DNA of 63,430 nt, the filler included, from Chiloscyllium plagiosum (taxonomy: Eukaryota): the NCBI RefSeq assembly GCF_004010195.1. It is 4 parts of one record of this genome, joined end to end, with 100 filler letters (N's around TTAATTAATTAA, not from the genome) between each part and the next. Parts side by side here need not be neighbours in the genome. Positions count along the whole stretch, not along the records: positions 24,417 to 51,380 come from NC_057716.1; 3 more parts are not named here. The stretch is one strand, 5' to 3'. The notes under the pieces were generated by a model. The model ran no database searches. It was given only the letters and a program-made list of their open reading frames with translations, and was not told the origin of the DNA. Both the position numbers and the translations under genes were made by a program. Every line of letters starts with the position of its first letter. Position 1 is the first letter of the stretch. Below are positions 25,369 through 36,620 of this stretch, piece by piece.

Positions 25369-26740
25369 CTATTTTGCATCAGTATTTACTGTGGAACAGG
25401 ACGTAGAAGATATAGAATGTAGGGAAACAGATGGTGAAAAATTTCCATATTACAGAGGAGGAAGTGCTCGATGTCTTGAAATGCATAAAAGTGAATAAAT
25501 CCCCAGAACCAGATCAGGTGTACCCTAGAACTCTATGGGAAGCTAGGGAAGTGATTGCTGAACCTCTACTGAGGTATTTGTATCATTGATAGTCACAGGT
25601 GAAGTGCCGGAAGACTGGAGGTTGTGTAATGTGGTGCCACTGTTTAAGAAGGGCAGCAAAGACACGCCAGGGAACTATAGACCAGTGAGCCTGACGTTGG
25701 TGGTGGGCAAGTTGTTGGAGGGAATACTGAGAGACAAGATGTACATGTATTTGGAAAGGCAAGGACTGATTAAGGATAGTCAACATGGTTTTGCACATGG
25801 GAAATAATGTCTCACAAACTTGATTGAGTTTTTTGAAGAAGGAACAAAGAGGATTGATGAGGGCAGAGCAGTAGACGTGATGGGCATTCGACAAGATTCC
25901 CCATGGGAGACTGGTGAGCAAGGTTAGATCTCATGCAATACAAGGAGAATTAGCCATTTGGATACAGAACTGGCTAAAAGATAGAAGACAGAGTATGGTG
26001 GTGGAGGGTTGTTTTTCAGAGAGTGTTGCTGAACAAAGAGACCTTGGAGTGCAGGTTCATAACTCCTTGAAAGTGAAGTTGCAGATAGATTGGATAGTGA
26101 AGAAGCGTTTGGTATGCTTTCCTTTATTGGTCAGAATATTGAGTACAGGAATTGGGAGGAAATGTTGCAGCTATACAGGACATTGGTTAGGCCACTGTTG
26201 GAATATTGCGTGCAATTCTGGTCTCCTTCCTATCAGAAAGATGTTGTGAAACTTGAAAGGGTTCAGAAAAGATGTACAAGGATGTTTCCAGGGTTGGAGG
26301 ATTTGAGCTACAGGGAGAGGCTGAACAGGCTGGGGCTGTTTTCCCTGGAGCATCAGAGGACGAGGGGTGACCTTATAAAATCATGAGGGGCATGGATAGG
26401 ATAAATAGACAAAGTTTTTTTCCCTGGGGTGGGGGAGTCCAGAACTAGAGGGCATAGGTTTAGGGTGAGAGGGGAAAGATATAAAAGAGACCTATGGGGC
26501 AAGTTTTTCATGAAGAAGGTGGTGCATGTATGGAATGAGCTGCTGGGGGAAGTGGTGGAGGCTGGTACAATTGCAACATTTAAAAGGCATCTGCATGGGT
26601 ATATGAGTAGGTAGGGTTTGGAGGGTTATCCACCAGGTGCTGGCAGGGGGGGACTAGATTGGGTTGGGATATCTGGTTGGCATGGACGAGTTGGACTGAG
26701 GGGTCTGTTTCCCTGCTGTACATCTCTTAGACTCTATGAC
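25369..26740 (+). mobile_element. CR1 3' half with internal deletion
   Basis: [18 protein letters not shown]; jumps from EGCFS to SVAEQRD; tail ctctatgac. Confidence 0.93.
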
Positions 26741-28745
26741 CAGCTACTGTGTGTCCTTGATAAGTATGTACTGGTCAGGCAAGAGGTAGTTGCCAAGCAC
26801 GGGAGCCATGGTTTACTAAGGAAGATTAATCTCTTGTCAAGAGGAAGAAGGCGGCTTTTGTTGGGATGAGATGTGAAGGCTCAGTTGAATGCTTGAGAGT
26901 TACAAGTTAGGCAGGAGAGACCTAAAGAGAGATCTAAGAAGAGCCAGGAAAGGATATGAGAAGTCATTGGCGGATAGGATCAAGGATTTCTAAGGCTTTC
27001 TATAGCTATATATGGAATAACAGAATGACTAGAGTAAGATTAGAGCCAATCAAAGATAGTATTGGGAAGTAGTGCGTGGAGTCAGAGGAGATAGGGGAAG
27101 TGTGAAATGAATACTTTTTGTAAGTATTCACAGCACAAAAAGACAATATGGTCGAGGAGAATACTGAGATACAGGCTACTAGATTAGATGGGATTGTGAT
27201 GCATAAGGAAGAGGTGTTAGCAATTCTGGAATGTGTAAAAATAGATACGTCCCCTGGGCCAGATGGGATTTATCTTAGGATTGTCTGGGAAGCCAGGTAG
27301 AAGATTGCCGAGCCTTTGGCTTTGATTTTTCTGTTGTCATTGTCTACAGGAATAGTGCCAGAAGATTGGAGGATAGCAAATGTTATTCCCTTGTTCAAGG
27401 AGGGGAGTAGAGACAACCCTAGTAACTATAGATCTGTGAACCTTACTTCGATTGTGGGTAAAGTGGTGGAAAGGGTTATAAGAGATAGGATTTATAATCA
27501 TCTAGAAAGGAATAAGTTGATTAGAGATAATCAACAGTTTTGTGAAGGGTATGTCGTGCCTCACAAACCCTATTGAGTTCTTTGAGAAGGTGACCAAATA
27601 GTTGGATGAGGGTAAAGCGGTTGACGTGGTGTATATGGATTTTAATATGGCATTTGATAAGGTTCCCCACGGGAGGCTAGTGCACAAAATATGGAGGCAT
27701 GGGATTGAGAGTGATTTCGCGGTTTGGATCAGAAATTGGCGAGCTGCAAGAAGACAGAGGGTGGTGGTTGATGGGAAATATACATCCTGGAGTTAAGTTA
27801 CTAGTGGGATACCACAAGGATCTATTTTGGGTCCACTGTTGTTTGTCATTTTTATAAATGACCTGGATGAGGGTGTAAAAGGATGGGTTAGTAAATTTGT
27901 GGATGACACGGAGGTCGGTAGAGTTGTGAATAGTGCCGAAGGATGTCGTAGGTTACAGAGAGACAAAGATAAGCTGTAGAGTTGGGCTGAGAGGTGGCAA
28001 ATGGAGTTTAACGTAGAAAAGTGTGAGGTGATTCACTTTGGAAGGAATAACAGGTATGCAGAGTACTGGGCTAATGGTAAGATTCTTGGTGGTGTAGACG
28101 AGCAGAGAGATCTCTGTGTCCAGGTACATAGATCCTTGAAAGTTGCCACCCTGGTTGATAGGGTTGTTAAGAAGGCATATGGTGTGTTAGCTTTTATTGG
28201 TGGAGGGATTGAGTTTCAGAACCATGAGATCATGCTGCAGCTGTACAAAATTCTGGTGGGTCACATTTGGAGTACTGTGTACAGTTCTGGTCACCATATT
28301 ATAGGAAGGATGTGGAAGCTATGGAAAGGGTTCAGAGGAGATTTATTAGGACGTGCCTGGTATGGAGGGAAGATCTTACGAGGAAAGGCTGAGGGACTTG
28401 AAGCTGTTTTTGTTAGAAGAAGGTTGAGAGGCAACTTAATTGAGACAGATATAATAATCAGAGGGTTAGATAGGGTGGACAGTGAGAACTTTTTCCTCAG
28501 ATAGCAATGGCTAGCACGAGGGACATAGCTTTAAATTGAGGGGTGATAGATATAGGACAGATGTCAGAGGAATTTTCTTTACTCAGAGTAGTAGTGGCGT
28601 GGAATACAGTAGTAGACTTGCCAAGGGCACTTAAATGGTCATTGGATAAACATATCGATGAAAATGGAATCGTGTAGATTAGATTGGTTCAACACGTCAG
28701 TGCAACATCAAGGGCTGAAGGGCTGTAATGTTTTATGTGTTGTAA
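26741..28745 (+). mobile_element. CR1 of another subfamily (host of the 25369-26740 copy)
   Basis: QLLCVLDKYV, YMDFNMAFDKVPH, FVDDT. Confidence 0.92.
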
Positions 28746-29721
28746 TGTTATAAATTTTAATTTTGCAATTTATTTACCAAGATGATAGTCACTGAACATA
28801 CTCACAAAAGGCTATCAAAGTATTTTTAACAAAAAAGTTCAAAAGTTAATTACAGAAAAGGTAAACACAAATGATGTTACTCTATATAAGAACGGTTTTG
28901 AAATGAATCCCAACATTTAAAAGGCATCTGGATGGGCACGTGAATAGGAGGGGTTTAGAGAGATATGGGCCAAATGCTGGCAAATGAGACTAGGTCAGAT
29001 TGGGATGGCTCATCGACATGAATGAGTTGGACCAAAAGATCTGTTCCCATGCTGTATGACTTTGAGTCTATAAAATCAATATAATAATCAGAAGGATTTA
29101 AAACTCAATACAGAAGTACAATTCAAACTTAAAGCCTCGTTCCTCCACTTCAGAATCCAGGTTGCCAACTTGTAATAATACACCACTGACTTCATTGAAC
29201 TGAGAAGTTACTGAATCTTTAGTTCAGAAATCAATTCAACACTGTCCTGTTCACCCGAAACACTCTCCAGCTGGTCTTGAGGGAACCATGAAATTTGTAA
29301 ACTTTGGACAAATAGGGTTTTCAATGTTAGATAAAAGAATCAAATGCAATTTGTGGGGAAACAATCAATCAATCAAATAAGATTTGGTTAATGCATTAAT
29401 TTAGAGCTAAATTCAACATACAACATCTCAGTGTGCTTTAGGTTGCAGCTGCCATTGTTTACTGGATTGGAAACAAAAGGAATGAGACTCCAGTTTGTCA
29501 CCAGTAAAATGGAGGGGGGAGGTAGAAGACATTTCACCATGATTAGTTACAGGAAAGATGGAATGCTTTCCTACAATTTGTTGTTAACACAAATGATATT
29601 CCATTTAAATCATGATATAAGTTCAGTATTTAAAGAGAGAGAATGACAACATACCATGGGAAGGAGGTGGGCTTGAAGCAATTTCCATCCAATTGGAAAA
29701 GCCCAAACCTTCTGGAGTTCG

Positions 29722-30030
29722 AGATGAGATTCCCTACAGTGTGAAAACAGGCCCTTCGGCCCAACTAGTCCACACCGACCCTCTGAAGAGTAACCCACCC
29801 AGACCCATACCCCCTAACTAATGCACCTAACTCTATGGGCAATTTAGCATGACAAATTCACCTGACCTGCACATCTTTGGACTGTGGGAGGAAACCGGAG
29901 CACCCAGGGGAAACCCAAGCAGACATGGGGAGAATGTGCAAACTCCACACAGAAAGTCACCCAAGGCTGGAATCGAGCCTGGGTCCCTGGCACTGTGAGG
30001 CAGCAGTGCTAACCACTGAACTGCCATGCT
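29722..30030 (-). mobile_element. HE1-like V-SINE
   Basis: Full head, V-domain and tail. Confidence 0.9.
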
Positions 30031-31535
30031 ACCCCTAATTGTTGCTCACAACCAAGTACATTTCACAAGTGCCAACACCTTGCCAACTCAATTGGGGTTG
30101 GGGGTTAGGTCGAGAAAACCACAGACATTCCTGTCTCCAGCACATTTTATACAGATTGAAGATTCGTTTCCTGCCAGTTATATAGTTCATTTGCACTGGA
30201 TATGAATGTATGTTTAGTAAGGAACCCACACATTCTTGACAAATTTAAAGTTGAAAATTAGCTTATGCCAAACAAAGTAAAGTAAAAAACTCTCCTTGTG
30301 ATTATATGCTGAAGAGATGACAATTTGCCAAAGTCGCAAATTATTCAACTTCTAAAATTATGATGTAGAATCTATAGCACAGAGACAAGTCATTTGGGTC
30401 AACAGGTCTTTGTTCATGTCAATACAAGACATTCTTGTCACGAACCACATCTTCCCATTCTGACCCTCTTACTCCTTTACCAATAATTAGTGAAGTGTTT
30501 GCTAAAGCTTTCCAACACAATAATATTCTATTGTACTATATTAAATTCTGGGAAGCACTAAAGCTGCTACTAAACAGAAATTGCTGATTAAAGCAACAAG
30601 ATTAACCCCAAGAGTAAAAAGATGAGTTAAGAGAGAATATTAGAGAAGTTTAAGCTGCCTCATCTTGAGGCAATAAAACACAGTTCCATGGAATGAAAGT
30701 GAACAATTTAGAATGGTATAAATTATTACATTGCTTATAAAGAACTTGAGACTAATTAGCCAGGATCCAATTTATGTGTGAGTGTTCCAGTGGGCAATAT
30801 ACACAGCTGCACCAGAGTGGAGCAGCACAACCCCAGCCTAAGTAGGCTGCTGGCCAAGCAGCTTGGTAGGTTTAAAGACAAAGAACTCCAAACGATCCAA
30901 CTCTAAAGAGTAATTATTTTCAAACGTGTGTGAGGCAAAAGCCAATCTGACATAGATAAATTAAATCCAAAGTAGTACTTCACAGTAAGCCAGCAAAATA
31001 TATCATTATAAATACTATTATACATGTCAATGTAAATTGGAGATTGTGCTGTGCTTTTTCCAGCTCCACCTTCTACCAACTCAGTCAATGTAAATCGAAC
31101 AGGACTAGATCCTGAACTGCCATTGGGAAGAACTTACGGAGGAGGATGGCTGGCAGCAATGGGCAGAAGGGGTGATGCGAGAATGGGGAGAGGGCGTCAT
31201 GCCAGGAAGATGGCAGCATTGAGGGGCAGCATGGAAATTTACTGGAAAGAACGGTCTGTGCCAGAAGGGAGTGGAAGGGTAATGCTGAGGGGTGGCAGGA
31301 TATGTGGCATCAGGAGGATAGGGTGGTGGTTGGGTCTGGCACAGGTAGGTGGGGTGGTTTGACACCAAGTGGTTTGGGAAGCCAGCGCTTGGAGGATCAG
31401 GAAGGTTTACTTCATCCAAGTCTCCAGGTCAGGAACATGGTCCCTAATGTAATAGATGTGAATGGGGAAGAATGCTGGGTTCTGGTCAGGGCCCAGAATC
31501 TTTGCAGTATCCACTGCCTTCAGCCATTTGGTGAA

Positions 31536-32128
31536 CAGCAGGTTACAAGGATGGGGTGGGGGTGCTGGTTCTGGGTGAAGTGCTCTTCGGAGGGTTGGTC
31601 AGTAGGAATAATATATAGAGCAAGCAATTTCTTTTAAGGTATATTCCCCCTAACCATACCCACTGGACAAAGTTTAAAAATCACACAACACCAGGTTATA
31701 ATTCAACAGATTTATCTGGAAGCACTAGCTTTTGGAGCACTGCTCCTTCTTCAGGTCGTTGTGAAGCAGGACCATAAGACACAGAATTTACAGCAAAAGA
31801 TTACAGTGATACAGTGATAATCTTTTGCTGTAAATTCTGCGCCTTATGGTCTTGCTTAACAACCACTTGATGAAGGAGCAGTGCTCCAAAAGCTAGTGCT
31901 TCCAGATAAATCTGTTGAACTATAACCTGGTGTTGTGTGATTTTTAAACTTTGTCCAGTGGGTATGGTTAGGGGGCAATTAGAAGAAATTGCTTGCTCTA
32001 TATATTATTCCTACTGACCAACCCTCCGAAGAGCACCCCACCCTTGTAACCTGATGTTGGACTGTAACCTGGCGTTGTGTGATTTTTAACTTTGTCCACC
32101 CTAGTCCAACACTGGGTCCTCCAAATCA
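31536..32128. mobile_element. Palindromic P2 hammerhead element with inverted duplication of flanking DNA
   Basis: Arms mirror around ~31810; degenerate cores at 31725-31755 (minus) and 31864-31897 (plus). Confidence 0.8.
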
Positions 32129-32274
32129 GACCCATTGGGATTTTGCAAAAATGTAATTTGAGCAATATATTCAAACTCTTTCCAAGTTTCCCCTTCCATC
32201 AATCAAGAAAACATGAGGAAACAATTGTATATTATACTTAATGCTTTATAAACATATCGTGAACAGATGGATTT

Positions 32275-34005
32275 CTTGAAATGCATATAAGTGGATAAAT
32301 CCCCAGGACCTGATCAGGTGTACCCTAGAACTCTGTGGGAAGCTAGAGAAGTGATTACTAGGCTTCTTGCTGAGATATTTGTATCATCGATAGCCACAGA
32401 TGAGGTGCCGGAAGACTGGAGGTTGCCTAACGTGGTACCACCGTTTAAGAAGGGCGGTAAAGACAAGCCAGGGACCTATAGAGCAGTGAGACTGACATTG
32501 GTGGTGGGCAGGTTATTGGAGGGAATCCTGAGGGACAGGAATTTCATGCATTTGGAAAGGCAAGGACTGATTAGGGATAGTCAACATGGCTTTTTACGCA
32601 GGAAATCATGTCTCACAAAGTTGATTGAGTTTTTGAAGTAGTAACAAAGAGGATTGATGAGGGCAGAGTGGTTGATGTGATTTATATGGATTTCAGTAAG
32701 GCGTTCAACAAGGTTCCCCATAGGAGACTGGTTAGCAAAGTTAAATCTTACGGAATACAGGGAGAACTAGCCATTTGGATACAGAACTGGCTCAAAGGCA
32801 GAAGACAGAGGGTGGTGGTGGAGGGTTGCTTTTCAGACTGGAGGCCTGTGACAAGTGGAATGCCACAAGGATCTGTGCTGGGTCCACTTCTTTTCGTCAT
32901 TTATATAAATGATTTGGATGTGAACATAGGAGTATAGTTAGTAAGTTTGCAGATGACTCCAAACTTGGAGGTGTAGTGGACACGAAGATGGTTACCTCAG
33001 AGTACAACAGGATCTTGATCAGATAGGCCAATGGGCTGAGAAGTGGCAGATGGAATTTAATGCAAGGTGCTACATTTTGGGAAAGCAAATCAGAGCAGGA
33101 TCTATATGCTTAATGCAGTTTCCTGATTAATGGCTTTTGCCTGAAACACCGATTTTCCTGCTTCCCAGATGCTGCCTGACCTGTTGTGCTTTTCCAGCAC
33201 CACTCTAATCTTGACTCTAATCTCCAGCATCTGCAGTACCCACTTTCAGCTGTATGCTTAATGATAAGGTCCTAGGGAGTGTTGCTGAACAAAGTGACCT
33301 TGGAGTGTAGATTCATAGTTCCTTGAAAGTGGAGTCACGGGTAGATAGGCTAGTGAAGAAGGCGTTTAGTATGCTTTCCTTTATTGGACAAAGCATTGAG
33401 TACAAGAGTTGGGAGGTCATGTTGCAGCTGTACAGGACATTGGTTAGGCCACGTTTGGAATATTGTGTGCAATTCTGGTCCTTTTCTTTTCGGAAGGATG
33501 TTGTGAAACTTGAAATGGTTCAGAAAAGATTTACAATGAAATAGCCAGGGTTGGAGGAACTATAGGGAAAGCTGAATAGGCTGAGGCTGTTTTCCCTGGA
33601 GCGTTGGAGGCTGAGGGGTGACCTTATAGAGGTTTATAAAATCATGAGGGGCATGGATAGGATAAATAGACAAAGTCTTTTCCCTGAGGTGGGGGGGGGG
33701 TCCAGAACTAGAGAGCATAGCTTTAGGGTGCAAGGTGAAAGATATAAAAGGGACCTAAGGGGCAACCTTTTCACACAGAGGGTGGTGCGTGATTGGAATG
33801 AGTTGCCAGAGAAAGTGATGGAGGCTGGTACAATTACAGCAGTTGAAAGACATCTAGATGAGTATATGAATAGGAAGGATTTAGAGGGATATGGGCCAAG
33901 TGCTGGTAAATGTGACTAGAGTAGGTTAGGATATCTGGTCAGCATGGACAAGTTGGACCGAAGTGTCTGTTTGCGTGCTGTGCTTCTCTATGACTCGATG
34001 ACTCT
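32275..34005 (+). mobile_element. CR1 ORF2 3' part, with P1 insertion at 33116-33252
   Basis: [26 protein letters not shown]; insertion flanked by tatgcttaatg. Confidence 0.95.
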
Positions 34006-35475
34006 AATTCCCCATATCCAGAAGTCAGATGAGAACAATTTACAGAATGGAGGAAATGAATAGAGGCATTTGAAAGCAGGGAGTAGCTGTCAAGACAGGG
34101 CTTACTGGATAGACTTTGCAAAGCATCATGGGTGAACACCCAGTATTGAACTGAAAGGGAGCAAGGTGCATATTCGCATGCAGTTTGGCAATAAGGTAGA
34201 AAGAGACCTGAAAACAAGAATCACCTTAAATCTAAGGAAACCAACATAATTGGGAGAGGAAGAGCATGATGTAGGTAAGGAAATTTGTACTCTTGAGGCA
34301 ATGATCTGAGAAATTTGGATGAGGAGGATTAGGGAAGAGGCAGATAGGCTCAGAAGTCAATCAGAAGATAAGGGGGCCAAAATCCCTGATGCTGCAAAAA
34401 GGATTGGTGGATTGGTGTAATGGATGATTCTGAATCTTTGACATCGTCTACCCTGGTCAGCGTGATTGTCAAGATTGACAGATTTCTAAGTCTCAGTGGC
34501 ATAAAAGGAAATTAGGGCATCATGGGAAGAAAGCATTGAAGTGGTTGATCATCAATAATCATTAGTGAATGCCAGACCAGGCTTGACAGGCTGAATGGGC
34601 TACAACTGTTCCTGTGGAGACCAGAGTTGCTAATGGGAACCAAAGGCTGCCTTCATTTTGTTGTAATTTCGCTACATTAAGGTTTTTCTCATTTGGGTCT
34701 TGATATCAGGTACTTTGTGAGTAGACAACTTGTCAGTCAATAGGAGGCATAAAACCTAGGAATAAACTGATCCCATACTTCATTATTGAAAAAAAGAAAG
34801 GTAAATAATGTTAAACTTTTATATATATATTGTTTATGGATACTGGAATATGGAATTGTTTGGTGACTTCAGGGTTGAAGTGACTTTATCACATATTTCT
34901 CTGAAAAAAAGTAAATGGATTACCTGCTGTTTACTGGAACAGAGGGCAATGGAAGTTTTAAGAAGGATAAGAGGTGAATTTTGTGGCCCCTAGTTACTGA
35001 ACAGAGTTGTGAAATCCCTAGGATCTGTGCTGCTTGTTCCCAGCAACAAACTCTGGAAAGACAGGGGTGGGAATTTTTCATGAAGTTTGCAAAAGAAAGC
35101 AGCTCTCTCTGTGTCAGTAAGAGACAAACCTGAAAGCAAAACCAGTCTCCCTCTCTCTCAGTAAAACAGTTTGAAACCTGCTAATGTTTCAAATATCAGA
35201 ATGTTTGCTTCACCTCAGAACGTGATACAAAGAACTTTCTACATCAAGCAACCATTAGCAACTTGATCTCATTGACAGAGATTCAAAAAAATGTGGGTAT
35301 TCAACCCACTTTAGCTTCTGAATTTGTAACCAGGACCCACAGGGCTGTTGTTCCTTTTTGGCTTATGCTTTTTCCCAACTCATCATATCTCTTCAGAATT
35401 ATGTTATTTTGTCTTGCCTGTGTATAAAGGAGTGTGCTTGGCATTAAGGGAATATTCTGAATAGCAGCTTTAGTA

Positions 35476-35580
35476 AACGCAAGGAGTATCAGGAATAATG
35501 CAAGGAGTATCAGGAATAACGCAAGGAGTATCAGGAATAACGCAAGGAGTATCAGGAATAACGCAAGGAGTATCAGGAAT
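35476..35580 (+). repeat. 21-bp tandem repeat, 5 copies, at a CR1 5' junction
   Basis: Unit aacgcaaggagtatcaggaat (NARSIRN). Confidence 0.95.
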
Positions 35581-36310
35581 TGGATCAGTACCTGGTGCTA
35601 TGATGTTGTGGCCATAACAGAGACATGGGTTTCTCAGGGGCAGGAATGGTTGCTGGATGTTCCAGGGTTTAGAGCATTTAAAAAGCTAATCAGAGAGGGT
35701 ATCACAGCTACAGAAGCTCCCATTGTCGAGGAAGATCTGCCTACCGAGTCAGTATGGGTGGAAATTAGGAACAGCAAGGGAGCAGTCACCTCGTTAGGGC
35801 TTTACTACATGCCCCCCAATAGCAGTAGGGAGATTGAAGAAAGCATAGGTCGGCAGATTTTGGAAAAGTGTGGACGTAGTAGGGTTGTTGTAATGGGTGA
35901 CTTTAAGTTTCCCAATATTGATTGGAACCTCCTTCAAGCAGAAAATTTGAATGGAGCTGCTTTTGTAAGGTGTGTTCAGGAGGGTTTCCTAACTCAGTAC
36001 GTTGACAGGCCGACGAGAGGAGAGGCCATTCTAAACTTGGTGCTCGGAAACAAGCCGGGGCAGGTATCAGATCTTGTGGTGGCAGAGCATTTTGGTGATA
36101 GTGACCACAACTGCCTCTCCATCTCCATAGCTGTGTAGAATGTGAGGATTAGCCCAAATGGGAGGATATTTAAATTGGGGAAGAGGAAACTATGATGCGA
36201 TTAGACATGAGTTGGAAGCATGGACTGGGAGCAATTGTTCCATGGTAAAGGCACTATAGACATGTGGAGACTGTTTAAGGAACAGTTGTTGCGAGTGATG
36301 AATACATTTG

Positions 36311-36620
36311 TGGGTGGCACAGTGGTTAGCACTGCTGCCTCACAGCACCAGAGACCCGGGTTCAATTCCCGACTCAGGCGACTGACTGTGTGGAGTTTGC
36401 ACATTCTCCCCGTGTCTGCGTGGGTTTCCTCCGGGTGCTCTGGTTTCCTCCCACAATCCAAAGATGTGCAGGTCAGGTGAATTGGCCATGCTAAATTGCC
36501 CTTAGTGTTAGGTAAAGGGGTAAATGTAGGGGAATGGGTGGGTTGCGCTTCGGCGGGTCGGTGTGGACTTGTTGGGCCGAAGGGTCTGTTTCCACACTAA
36601 GTAATCTAATCTAATCTAAA
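36311..36620 (+). mobile_element. HE1-like V-SINE inserted in CR1
   Basis: Intact head and V-domain, (taatc)n tail. Confidence 0.92.

Noticed and set aside
35476..35580. CRISPR-like regular repeats (also 45924-46321)
   Set aside because: No unique spacers, no cas genes, vertebrate context.
36311..36375. tRNA-like sequences
   Set aside because: SINE heads followed by V-domain and LINE tail, not tRNA genes.
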